A DNA stretch of 64,000 bases, taken from contig CAYOEG010000002.1 in NCBI GenBank assembly GCA_964403155.1, forward strand, positions 8,147 through 72,146, given 5' to 3'. Below the pieces are notes generated by a model. The model searched no databases. It was not told the origin of the DNA and saw nothing but the letters and a program-made list of their open reading frames with translations. This DNA comes from an uncultured Candidatus Saccharibacteria bacterium. Its GTDB lineage: Bacteria; Patescibacteriota; Dojkabacteria; SC72. The translations under genes and the position numbers were made by a program. This document shows positions 49,123-59,500 of the stretch, piece after piece; position 1 is the stretch's first letter; each line of letters opens with the position of its first letter.

Positions 49123-49339
49123 CCTCAGGCCTGGCTAAGGCCTGGCTTTGGTTCATAGGTTGTTCATAACTACGAAACCCCTTATTGTGTAAAGCCTTCT
49201 CGTGCATAGAATATTTAATAGTTTGTTCATATTCGATAACCAGTAGGTTGGTCTATTAGAAAACAACAGTGGTGCAAGCGAAGAGGTACATTAAGTAGTT
49301 ATGAATGTAGGCCTGGCAATAGCCAGGCTTGGTCAGAGG
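49123..49339. ncRNA. Candidate long rod-shaped structured RNA (6S-like); strand undetermined
   Basis: Nested complementary segments AGGCCTGGCTA/TAGCCAGGCTT, TTCATAACTAC/GTAGTTATGAA, TGCA/TGCA, TAATAG/CTATTA in a non-coding gap. Confidence 0.4.
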
Positions 49340-49350
49340 CAACAAGATTA

Positions 49351-49379
49351 TTGTCAAAACCCATATTCTTTGATATACT
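49351..49379 (+). promoter_or_regulatory. Sigma70-type promoter of rplY
   Basis: TTGTCA-17-TATACT with extended TG, 10 nt before ATG 49390. Confidence 0.7.
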
Positions 49380-49389
49380 CCTACTCATC

Positions 49390-50037
49390 ATGGAAACAAT
49401 TACATTACAAAAGAGAGATGTTCTGGGCAAAAAGAGTAAAAACCTACTCGCACAAGGACTTGTACCAGCAGTTATGTATAACGCAAAGGGTGATTCTACA
49501 AATCTTGAATTAGATTCATCCATTGCAAAACAAATTCTAAAAATTGCCACATCAACAACAATCTTTGATGTAACACTAGATGGAAAAACATCCAAGGTAT
49601 TGGTTAAAGATATTGATTTAAATCCTGTTACAGAAGAGATTCAACATATTTCATTCTTTGAAATTGATGAAAGTAAAAAGATGGTATTCACTATTCCTTT
49701 CGAAATTGTTGGAATATCTCCAGCAGTTAAGAATAACCTTGGTACATTGGTTAAGGTATTACCTTCCATAGATGTAAGATGTACCTTAGCAGAACTCAAG
49801 CCAAATATCGTTATCGACATCTCTGGCTTAGAGCATCCAGGTCAAATAATTGGTGTACATGATATTCAACTTCCAGAAGGTATGGAATTGATTAACAAAG
49901 AGATGGAGCAAGCAACAATCATTACCATCACAGAACTTCAGAAGGAAGAAGTCGTTGAAACACCTACAGAAGGTACAGAGGCAGTTGCCACAGATGCTAC
50001 AGCACCTGCTGCTGAAGAAGAAGTTAAGGCTGAATAG
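49390..50037 (+). CDS. rplY: 50S ribosomal protein L25 (Ctc-type)
   Basis: GLVPAVMY, VLVKDIDLNPVTEEIQHISF, long C-terminal domain and acidic tail. Confidence 0.88.
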   Translation: METITLQKRDVLGKKSKNLLAQGLVPAVMYNAKGDSTNLELDSSIAKQILKIATSTTIFDVTLDGKTSKVLVKDIDLNPVTEEIQHISFFEIDESKKMVFTIPFEIVGISPAVKNNLGTLVKVLPSIDVRCTLAELKPNIVIDISGLEHPGQIIGVHDIQLPEGMELINKEMEQATIITITELQKEEVVETPTEGTEAVATDATAPAAEEEVKAE

Positions 50038-50075
50038 CACCTTTCTCAATATCAATAAAACAGATATAATGGTCT

Positions 50076-51017
50076 ATGATTAGCGTAATTATTACCTCGC
50101 TTAAAGAACCAAAAACTATTGGGAAATGCATCAAATGTATCGCAGACAGGAAGTATTCTGGTATATCTACCCCATTCGAAATTATCCAGGTATCCCCTGA
50201 CGAGTTAACGCTAAAGGCAGGCAAGAAAGCTGCAAATGAGCTTAAGCTATCAAAAAAAGAGTACAAACATATCATAGACCCTTACAAAGGTAAGCCTACA
50301 GCCCTTAAGATGGCTTTAGAGAAGGCCAATGGAGATATCATAGTTCTAACAGATGGAGATACATTTTTTGAGAAGAACGCAGTTGCAGAATTATTAAAAC
50401 CATTTGAAGACAAACAGATAGGTGGTGTAAGTGGTAGGCCTGTTTCCCAAGATAGCATGGACAACGCTTTTGGGTATTGGGGACATCTTCTGTCTGATGC
50501 CGCCGATCACAGGAGATCTAATACTATGCAGAAAGTTGAAGAAACAGATTATTACGTCAGCGGCAAGACATTCTTCCCTATGAGTGGATATATAATGGCT
50601 ATTAGAAATATGAATTTAGAGATTCCAAAGAATGTACTATCTGATGATGCATACATTTCCTACAGCATCAGGAACAAGGGGTTGGAGATAGCATACGCTC
50701 CAAAGGCGATCTGCTATGTTAAATTCCCAACAAATCTTAGGGATTACTTCAAACAAAAAGTTAGGTCTTTAGGAGGGTTCAAACAGTTAGAAAAATTTAA
50801 TGTGTTTAAGAAAGACAAACAAAGTAGAAGTTTCTTTATCGAGCTTCCCTATGCTTTTTATGTTTTTAAATATCCAAAGAACCTCAGAGAATTCTTCTGG
50901 TCATTAGAGCTATTCCCCATAAGGTTAATTACTTGGATTAGGATATATTGGGAGAGAGTTATTTTGAGAAAAGGTATGCCTGAAAAAGGTTGGGAAAGGA
51001 TAGAGAGTACAAAATAA
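50076..51017 (+). CDS. Family 2 glycosyltransferase
   Basis: ISVII, GKPTAL, LTDGD, SDD, QKVRS. Confidence 0.88.
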   Translation: MISVIITSLKEPKTIGKCIKCIADRKYSGISTPFEIIQVSPDELTLKAGKKAANELKLSKKEYKHIIDPYKGKPTALKMALEKANGDIIVLTDGDTFFEKNAVAELLKPFEDKQIGGVSGRPVSQDSMDNAFGYWGHLLSDAADHRRSNTMQKVEETDYYVSGKTFFPMSGYIMAIRNMNLEIPKNVLSDDAYISYSIRNKGLEIAYAPKAICYVKFPTNLRDYFKQKVRSLGGFKQLEKFNVFKKDKQSRSFFIELPYAFYVFKYPKNLREFFWSLELFPIRLITWIRIYWERVILRKGMPEKGWERIESTK

Positions 51018-51019
51018 TT

Positions 51020-51580
51020 TTACCACTTTCCATAGACATCATATATTACCACCTCTTGGATTTTCTTCAAATCTGGCTCTGCTATTTCCTCAAGGTCAAC
51101 ATTTAAAACTTTTAGAAGATTTTCCAGATTATCTCCAATCAAAGCAAGGTCGTTAGATTCCTCAAGATCAGCCATGATCTTCTTGAATCTTCCATGCATA
51201 TCATAACTGCATCTTTGATCTCCATCACATTTCAATAAAAAATCTAATTCTTCTATACCATTTGTTGTAACATTGACTTCAATATCTTCCCAATTTGAAT
51301 AATCTATTACTGTTGTATTAAGCTCTGAAGACAAAACCTTCGAATCTGCTCTACTCAAAGTATTTCTGGATGTTTTCAAATCAACAACAATAACATCGTT
51401 TATTTTATACATCATATGATGTCCTTGTGATAAGGCTTCTTGAAGATAGTCGGATTTGAATTCTTTATAGCATTCTTCCCTTGGAATAATAGTTCCTTTC
51501 CAAGTGTCCCTGTATAGGGAATAGACGGCTTTTAGATCCGCATTCATTATGTATTGTTGCTCAATGCAATGCAAAGACAT
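51020..51580 (-). CDS. Hypothetical protein
   Basis: 186-aa ORF, no recognised motif. Confidence 0.6.
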   Translation of the reverse strand: MSLHCIEQQYIMNADLKAVYSLYRDTWKGTIIPREECYKEFKSDYLQEALSQGHHMMYKINDVIVVDLKTSRNTLSRADSKVLSSELNTTVIDYSNWEDIEVNVTTNGIEELDFLLKCDGDQRCSYDMHGRFKKIMADLEESNDLALIGDNLENLLKVLNVDLEEIAEPDLKKIQEVVIYDVYGKW

Positions 51581-51645
51581 TCTTACCCTAATGATTCAAT
51601 TAACTTCCAGATTATACAATATTTTCAACACAAGACCTTAGTACA

Positions 51646-51672
51646 AAATAAAAGAGGGCTTACGCCCCCTTT
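51646..51672 (-). terminator. Intrinsic terminator after rpsG
   Basis: Minus strand AAAGGGGGC-gtaa-GCCCTCTTT followed by TATTTT. Confidence 0.75.
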
Positions 51673-51697
51673 CCATTTCAAAACTTGTTCAGTGATA

Positions 51698-52168
51698 TTA
51701 CCATCTAAAATGTGCAAATGCTCTATTAGCCTCTGCCATTCTTTCGGTATCAATCTTCTTTTTAACAGCATCACCCTCACCAGAATATGCAGCTACTAAT
51801 TCATCCATAAGAATAGTATCAAATGCCTTTCCAGATTTCTTTCTAGCGCTATCTACAATCCATCTCACTGCCAATGTCTCCTGTCTTCTTGGAGATACAG
51901 GCATAGGAACTGAATAATTAGCACCACCTACTCTTCTAGCTTTGATTTCTAAAGCAGGCCTAACATTATCAACAGCCTTGTTGAAGAAAGTATTAACATC
52001 ATCTGCTTTGACTTTTTTAGCTCCCTCTTCAATAGCAGAATATACCAAATCCTGTGCTAAGGATTTTTTACCATCCTGCATTACCTTGTTTATCAATCTA
52101 GAGATAATGGTATTACCATATTTAATATCTCCAACTTGTGATTTTCTTTTTGCTCTTTTTCCTCTCAT
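51698..52168 (-). CDS. rpsG: 30S ribosomal protein S7
   Basis: MQDGKKSLA, RRVGGANY, MAEANRAFAHFRW. Confidence 0.97.
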   Translation of the reverse strand: MRGKRAKRKSQVGDIKYGNTIISRLINKVMQDGKKSLAQDLVYSAIEEGAKKVKADDVNTFFNKAVDNVRPALEIKARRVGGANYSVPMPVSPRRQETLAVRWIVDSARKKSGKAFDTILMDELVAAYSGEGDAVKKKIDTERMAEANRAFAHFRW

Positions 52169-52189
52169 ATCTATATTTCTTAATTAAAA

Positions 52190-52609
52190 CTATTCGGAAT
52201 CTTTACTTCCTTTTGCACCATATTTAGATCTAGCTTTCTTTCTACCTTGAACTCCAGCTGTATCATACTTACCTCTTACAACGATGTATTTAACACCTGG
52301 GAGATCTCTCTTTCTTCCTGCTTTTACCAAGACGACGGAGTGTTCCTGTAAGTTATGTCCTTCTCCTGGGATGTAAGCTGTTACTTCCATTCCGTTAGAG
52401 AGTCTAACCTTAGTTACCTTACGCAAAGCAGAGTTAGGTTTCTTAGGTGTCATTGTTTTAACCTGTAAACATACTCCTCTTTTAAAAGGATTCTTCTCTT
52501 TTGAATATCTATTCTTAAGAGGATTGAAGTTTCTTGCCAAAGCAATATACTTCGTTTTCTTAGTTTTAGATTTTCTAGGTTTTCTTATTAATTGGTTAAT
52601 AGTTGGCAT
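52190..52609 (-). CDS. rpsL: 30S ribosomal protein S12
   Basis: [36 protein letters not shown]. Confidence 0.98.
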   Translation of the reverse strand: MPTINQLIRKPRKSKTKKTKYIALARNFNPLKNRYSKEKNPFKRGVCLQVKTMTPKKPNSALRKVTKVRLSNGMEVTAYIPGEGHNLQEHSVVLVKAGRKRDLPGVKYIVVRGKYDTAGVQGRKKARSKYGAKGSKDSE

Positions 52610-52634
52610 GGTCGGTATTATATAACAAATTCAA

Positions 52635-55600
52635 TTAAAAATTAAGCTCTGGGACATCTTTTATTTCTTTTACTTCTGCTTCGTCTCCTGCAGGTATTAA
52701 TCTACCAATGATTACGTTCTCCTTCATACCTCTGAGGAAGTCTGTCTTACCAAGAATTGCGTTACTTGTTAAGACTCTAACTTGCTCTTGGAATGATACC
52801 GCAGACAAGAAGCTTTCAGTATTCAAAGATGATGTTTTGATTCCCAAAAGTCTTGGTACTACAAGTGCTTTGTTCTTACCTTCCTCTGCAACTAAGCCAT
52901 TCTTTGCATCGGCTAAGAATCTATTCACTAATGATCCTACTAAGTAATCAGTATCTCCAGAATCCATAACTTTTCCAAGTCTTGCCATCTGTCTTAAGAT
53001 TATTTCAATATGGATATCATCAATTGAGACACCTTGCTCATTAAAGACCTTCTGTACTCCATCAAGAATGTATTTCTGTGCAGTAAGGATATCAGATGCA
53101 TCTGCAAGCTTCTTAGGATCTACAGATCCTTCTGTAAGCTGCTGTCCTGCTCTTACGCTATCTCCATCTTGAACAAGGATAGTTATTCCTGGTAATACAG
53201 TTACTACTTCCTCCGCCTTCGCCTTACCTTCAAATCTTAAGATTCCACTATCTATAAATACCTTCCCATCATATGGAGCCTGCTTCTCTACCTCTTCAGA
53301 ATCAATGAACATCAATTGTCCAGCCTTAACTTCCTGCCCATCTTCTACAACAACCTTAGTTGCTTTAGATATGACATAGAGTCTTGGTAATTTCTTCTCA
53401 CCAACAATAGTTATTGTTGCAGATTCATCCTCTGCAATATCAACATGAACCTTACCGGTCAATGAAGATATATCAGCCTCTGCCTTTGGTGTTCTAGCTT
53501 CAAACAACTCCTCAATTCTTGGAAGACCTTGAGTGATATCGACTTTAGCAACACCTCCCTTATGGAATGTCTGCATAGTCATCTGTGTACCTGGTTCTCC
53601 AATTGATTGTGCTGCTATGACACCAACTGCTTTACCCATCTCAACCTCTACACCATTCTCAAGATTTAATCCGTAGCATTTCTTACACATACCCAATGGT
53701 GATTTACAAAGCATTGGTGATCTTACAAAAACTTCCTCCAATTTTGATGCATCTATTAATTTTGCAATCTCCTTAGTTATGGATTCATTCTCTTTAGCAA
53801 TTACCTTACCCTCAATCTTTAGATCCTGAGCAAGAGTTCTACCGAATAGTCTATCAATGTATGAGATTCTTCTATCATCTTCTCTTCTCATTGCTAAGCC
53901 TTCACCCTCGTAACCACAATCATCTTCTCTAACGATAACGTCATGAGCTACTTCTACCAATTTTCTAGTTAAGTAACCAGAAGAAGAAGTCTTAAGTGAT
54001 CTATCTGCAATACCTTTTCTACCACCATTTGCAGCAACAAAGTATTCAAATGCACCAAGACCATCACGATAGTTACTCTTAATTGGCATTGGGACCCAGT
54101 TACCTCTTGAATCTCTAACAACACCCTTGATAGTCAAAACCTGTCTTGCCTGGATCTTACCACCATTTGCACCAGATTCGACCATCTCATATACGGAGTT
54201 ATGTTTGTCTAACTTCTTCCATGCTTCTTCTGCTAATTCATTTGCAAAATCATCCCACATGTTTGTAGAGATATTTATCTTTTCGTTCTTGGTCATCAAA
54301 CCTTGTAGGTAGTTCTCCTGCAACTGCTCATCTTTTTCCTCCATCTTCTTAATTTCATTTCTCATGTCGAAGTCTAAATTACAATCTTCCATAGCGAATG
54401 AGAACCCTAGATCTGTTGCGTACTTGAATCCTAAGAGCTTCATGTTGTCTAACAATACAACAACATCATCCATTGTCTTAGAGTTCTTAATATCATCAAT
54501 GATATTGTTTACAACCTTGTTATTTACTCTCTCGTTTATGAACTTGTAATCCTCTGGTAAGATTGTGTTGAATATTACTCTACCAACACATGTTTTAACA
54601 CTTTCTCCTTTAATTCTTACGATGATCTCTTCATTGATACCAATAACTTCTCTCTCATATGCTCTAATTGCTTCTTCTGCACTTGAGAATACCTTAGGTT
54701 TCTTTGATTCCTCAAGATCTGTCATTAAGTAGAAACCTAAAAGCATATCTTTTGCAGGACTTGCCAAAATCTGGCCATTAGAGATATTGATAATGTTCTT
54801 TGATGACATCATCTCTCTCTCTGCTTCTTTTCTAGCCTCTTCTGTTAAAAGAATATGAACAGCCATCTGGTCTCCATCGAAGTCTGCATTGAATGCTTTA
54901 CATACCAATGGGTGGATTCTGATAGCTTCACCTTCTACAAGTCTAGGATAGAATGCCTGCACACTATATTTATGTAGTGTTGGGGCACGATTTAGTAATA
55001 CTGGCTTGTTCTTGATAACCTCTTCTAATAGGTCCCAGATTATGTCTTCCTGCTCTTCTATCATTTCCTTTGCAATTCTAATGTTTGGAGCTATTTCTTT
55101 AGTCAAAAGTCTCTCAATAACGAAAGGTTTGAACATTTCCAATGCAATAGATTTTGGTAAACCACACTGATCAAATTTCAAGCTTGGGTCACCATCGATA
55201 ACTGCGCGGCCAGAGTAATCAACACGTTTACCCAAAAGATTCTTTCTGAAGAGACCTTTCTTTCCTCTCAAATCATCAGTCAATGACTGATATGGAAGTC
55301 TCTTATTATTCATCATAGCCTTTGATGGTCTATGTGAATTATCAACCAATGCGTCTACAGATTCCTGAAGCATTCTCTTCTCATTTCTCAAGATAACATC
55401 AGGTGCACCGATTTCGATCAATCTTCTTAAACGATTATTTCTGTTGATAATTCTTCTGTACAAATCATTCAAATCAGAAGTTGCGAATTTACCTCCGGAT
55501 AGAGGGATAATTGGTCTTAACTCCGGTGGTAATACTGGAAGAATATCAACGATCATCCAACTTGGATCAATCATATTCTTCTTAAATCCTTCTAGGTACT

Positions 55601-56516
55601 GAATTCTTACAATTGTCGCAGCCTTCTTCTCGCCTTTTTCCTTCTCAACTGCATTTCTAAGCTTCTTAATCTCTTTATCCAAATCCATATTCTGAAGCAT
55701 CTGCTTTACAGCTTCTGCACCCATCATTGCCTTGAAGAAGATCAAATCTCTCTCTTCAATATTCATATATTCGTCTTCACTCAATACCGTTCCAACTTTC
55801 AACTTGTCGATTGTCTGGAAGATCTTTGAGTAGAAGGCATCTAACTGTTCTTCTTTTTCAGCATAATCTTTTCTAACCTTTGCCAAAGCTTGATTTCTCT
55901 TGTGCTCTAGTTGGCTAATCTTCAATTCGTTTGCTTTTGCCTTCTTAGCAGCTTTGATATCCTCTGCGAACATCTCCTCTGTAAGTTTTAATTCTCCTTC
56001 TAATTCACTCTGTAAATCTTCTGCTTCTTGCTTCTGAAGTGTCTCTGCTTTTGATACTATTTCTGCCTTTTTATCCTTCTCTACATCAACAACCATATAC
56101 CTTGTGTAGTATATGACAGAAAGTAATTTCTTGTGAGAAATATTCAAGACAATGGACATCTTGTTAGGAATACCGTATGCAAACCAAACATGTGCTACTG
56201 GTACTGCTAATTCTATATGACCCATTCTCTCTCTTCTTACATCAGATGTTGTGACTTCTACCCCGCACTTATCACAAACAATCCCCTTATACCTGATCTT
56301 CTTGTACTTACCACAGTAACATTCATAGTTCTTAGTAGGACCAAAGATCTTCTCACAGAAGAGTCCATCTGGTTCTGCCCTAAAAGTTCTGTAATTGATG
56401 GTCTCAGCCTTTGTGACTTCACCATATGACCAATCCAAGATTTGATCTGGAGAAGCTAATGTTAGCTTCAATACATCAAAATCTTTCAAGTTCTGTTTGT
56501 TATTTAACTTCTTCAT
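52635..56516 (-). CDS. rpoC: RNA polymerase beta' subunit
   Basis: Zinc finger CYCGKY...CDKC, NADFDGDQM, GEPGTQ; ATG 56516 preceded by GAGGAGGT. Confidence 0.98.
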   Translation of the reverse strand: MKKLNNKQNLKDFDVLKLTLASPDQILDWSYGEVTKAETINYRTFRAEPDGLFCEKIFGPTKNYECYCGKYKKIRYKGIVCDKCGVEVTTSDVRRERMGHIELAVPVAHVWFAYGIPNKMSIVLNISHKKLLSVIYYTRYMVVDVEKDKKAEIVSKAETLQKQEAEDLQSELEGELKLTEEMFAEDIKAAKKAKANELKISQLEHKRNQALAKVRKDYAEKEEQLDAFYSKIFQTIDKLKVGTVLSEDEYMNIEERDLIFFKAMMGAEAVKQMLQNMDLDKEIKKLRNAVEKEKGEKKAATIVRIQYLEGFKKNMIDPSWMIVDILPVLPPELRPIIPLSGGKFATSDLNDLYRRIINRNNRLRRLIEIGAPDVILRNEKRMLQESVDALVDNSHRPSKAMMNNKRLPYQSLTDDLRGKKGLFRKNLLGKRVDYSGRAVIDGDPSLKFDQCGLPKSIALEMFKPFVIERLLTKEIAPNIRIAKEMIEEQEDIIWDLLEEVIKNKPVLLNRAPTLHKYSVQAFYPRLVEGEAIRIHPLVCKAFNADFDGDQMAVHILLTEEARKEAEREMMSSKNIINISNGQILASPAKDMLLGFYLMTDLEESKKPKVFSSAEEAIRAYEREVIGINEEIIVRIKGESVKTCVGRVIFNTILPEDYKFINERVNNKVVNNIIDDIKNSKTMDDVVVLLDNMKLLGFKYATDLGFSFAMEDCNLDFDMRNEIKKMEEKDEQLQENYLQGLMTKNEKINISTNMWDDFANELAEEAWKKLDKHNSVYEMVESGANGGKIQARQVLTIKGVVRDSRGNWVPMPIKSNYRDGLGAFEYFVAANGGRKGIADRSLKTSSSGYLTRKLVEVAHDVIVREDDCGYEGEGLAMRREDDRRISYIDRLFGRTLAQDLKIEGKVIAKENESITKEIAKLIDASKLEEVFVRSPMLCKSPLGMCKKCYGLNLENGVEVEMGKAVGVIAAQSIGEPGTQMTMQTFHKGGVAKVDITQGLPRIEELFEARTPKAEADISSLTGKVHVDIAEDESATITIVGEKKLPRLYVISKATKVVVEDGQEVKAGQLMFIDSEEVEKQAPYDGKVFIDSGILRFEGKAKAEEVVTVLPGITILVQDGDSVRAGQQLTEGSVDPKKLADASDILTAQKYILDGVQKVFNEQGVSIDDIHIEIILRQMARLGKVMDSGDTDYLVGSLVNRFLADAKNGLVAEEGKNKALVVPRLLGIKTSSLNTESFLSAVSFQEQVRVLTSNAILGKTDFLRGMKENVIIGRLIPAGDEAEVKEIKDVPELNF

Positions 56517-59500
56517 TTGATACCTCCTCAACTTCCTCTACTGAAGATTTGTTTGAAATTAAATCTAAATTCAAGCAAAGCGCATTCAATTCTTTTATCA
56601 ATACTTTGAATGACTCTGGTATGTTTACTGCTTCTATCTTGTCTCCATGAATAATTGCCTTGTAAGCTGCAGATCTACCTTTGATATCATCAGATTTGAT
56701 AGTCAACATTTCCTGCAAAGCATATGGAGAGCTATGTGCTTCTAATGCCCAGACTTCCATTTCTCCAAATCTTTGACCACCCATCTGTGCTTTACCACCC
56801 AATGGCTGTTGAGAAACGGCTGTGTATGGTCCCGTAGATCTAGCATGTACTTTTTCGTCTGCAATGTGATGTAACTTCAATACATACTTGATACCAACAG
56901 TTATCTTGTTAGGGAACTTCTTACCTGTTCTACCATCATACAAGTCTACCTTTTGTGATACATCTCCCTTTGCTTTCTCAATTTCATTCTTCAACCATTC
57001 AAAGTTCTCGCCCTCAAAGATTGGGAATGCTAACTTCTGGTTAAGCATCTTTGCATATCTACCGAAGTGGACCTCTGCTGCCTGACCCATGTTCATTCTC
57101 TTTAGGAATGTTGGTGTCAAAACAATATCAACAGGTTCTCCATCTTCTGTAAATGGCATATCTTCAATAGGTCTAATAGCTGCAATTGTATTTTTGTCTC
57201 CGTGTCTTCCTGCCAATTTGTCTCCATAGTCAACTTTCTTTGTATCTGCAACCCAAACCTTGACCTCATACAATACACCTGGTTGTAATTTATCACCTTT
57301 ATTCGCTGCAAGTATCTGACTTCTAACGACAATACCTTCTTCTCCATGAGGCATTCTCAATGAGTTATCTCTAACATCGCTTGCGGATTCTCCGAAGATT
57401 GCTCTAAGAAGTCTCTCTTCTGCTGTTAATTCTTTTTCACCTCTAGGTGCAACAACGCCAACAAGAATGTCTCCTGCCTTAACTTTTACTCCTGTTCTAA
57501 CGATACCTTGTGCATCTAACTTGTGTAATATTCTGTCATTTACGTGAGGAATATCTGCAGTAATTGTCTCTGGGCCTAATTCTGTATCTCTAATCTGTAT
57601 TGGATATTCTCTAACATGTACAGAGGTAAGAAGGTCATCTCTTACGATTCTTTCTGAAATGATTACTGAATCCTCATAGTTATACCCTTCGTAGAACATC
57701 AATGCGGCTTTCAAGTTTGTACCCAATGAAAGTTCTCCATTTACTACTGTTGGACCATCTACCAATGCATCACCTTTCTTAAATTTGTCTCCAACATTGC
57801 TTAATACAGGTTTCTGAGTAAAGCATGTATTATCATTACTTCTGTAGAATGAGATCAATTCATAGTCTTTAACTCCTGCTTTCTTATATTTAACAGAAAG
57901 TCTTTTAGCATCAACATAGAGAATTTCTCCATCATCTTCAGCATATACACCCCATGAGGATTGTCTTGCGACTACCTCTTCCATACCTGTACCTACTAAT
58001 GGGCTCTCTTGTTTAATCAAAGGAACTGCCTGTCTTTGCTGGTTTGCACCAGTCAATGCTCTCATTGCGTCATTATGTGAGACAAATGGAACTAGGGCCA
58101 TACCCAAACCTGCTTGCTGACCTGCTAATACATCTACGAAATCAACAGCATTGACATCCTCAAGTACAAAGTCCCCTTTATGCCTTACTGGTACAAGATT
58201 ATCTACAATATTTCCTCTCTCATCTGTATTAACTGTTGCAGAAGAGATGTAGAACTTTTCTTCATCCATAGCATCAAAGTAGACAACCTCGTCTGAGATA
58301 AATGGTCTTACATTTACTTCTTTAATTTCTTTTTCAGCAGCTATCTTTCCTGCAATCTCTTCTGTTATTATCTCGCCTGCTTTTGCTAATGTTTTCTTCC
58401 CAGATTTAAGATCTTCTATTAGAGCTCTACCCTCTAAAGCCGCTTTGTTATTCTTCACAGCCTTAGAAACTTTTCTGTATGGAGCTTCTAAGAATCCAAA
58501 CTCGTTGATTCTAGCTAACATTGCTAACTGAGTAACGACACCGATATTTGCACTCTCTGGACTGGTTACAGGGTCAAACTTTGAGTAATGTGAGTTATGG
58601 ACTTCACGAATGGAGAATGTAGCTCTTTCTTTTGTAATACCACCTGGTCCACCTGCAGTTACTTTTCTTTTATTCTCTAATTCTGAAAGAATATTGGTCT
58701 GATCCATGAAGCTAGACAATGCGTTTGCACCAAAGAATGATTGAATAGACGCTGCAATTGGTTTGGTACCAACAAGCATAGAAGGTGTAACCTTCGCATC
58801 CTGCCCATACAAACTCATCTTGTCCTTGATATTTTTCTCTAATCTTGCGATTCCAGCAACTAGCTGTCTCTCAAGAATTTCTCCTACACTTCTGATTCTT
58901 CTATTACATAGATGGTCAATATCATCAGCAGGAATAACTCCATTATTTGTTTGAATCAATCTCTTAACCACCAATACGATATCCTTAGGATACAAAAGGA
59001 CCTCCTCTGGATTATCTATATTGTATGAAGTTCCAAGTTTTCTGTTTAATTGGTATCTACCAATCTTACCAAGATTAAACTTTCTTGCGTTGAAGAAGTT
59101 GCTCTTGATATATTTCTCTGCGCTATCTATGGTGACAGACTCATCTGGTCTCAACTTGTTGTAAATACTGATAACTGCTTCTTCCTTACTCTTAGTAAAG
59201 TCTCTTGCCAATGTAGCTTCTATGAATTTGTTCTCTGCATCTGTATCTACATCTGCAAATAATTTTCTAATTTCGTCATCTGTCTCCCATCCAAATACTC
59301 TCAAAAGCTCTGTTATCAAAACCTTAGGTCTCTTAGGAAGGATTCTCATTGAAATGACATTGTGCTTGTTAGTATCAATCTCGTACCATGGGCCCATACT
59401 TGGCATAAGTCTAACTTTGTGCAAGTTTCTGGTAGGTAATTTCTCACTAACTTCATATAAAACACCCTCTGCTCTTACGATCTGATGTGTAACGACTCTT

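Noticed and set aside
49301-49513. 70-aa ORF overlapping the hairpin end and rplY, and the TTG start of rplY at 49351
   Set aside because: The TTG is the -35 box of the rplY promoter; the real start is more likely ATG 49390, and the overlapping ORF has no coding features.
55780-56090. Coiled-coil insertion in the RpoC N-terminal region as a possible intein or novelty
   Set aside because: No intein motifs; it matches the position of the known lineage-specific beta' insertion seen in Actinobacteria and related phyla.
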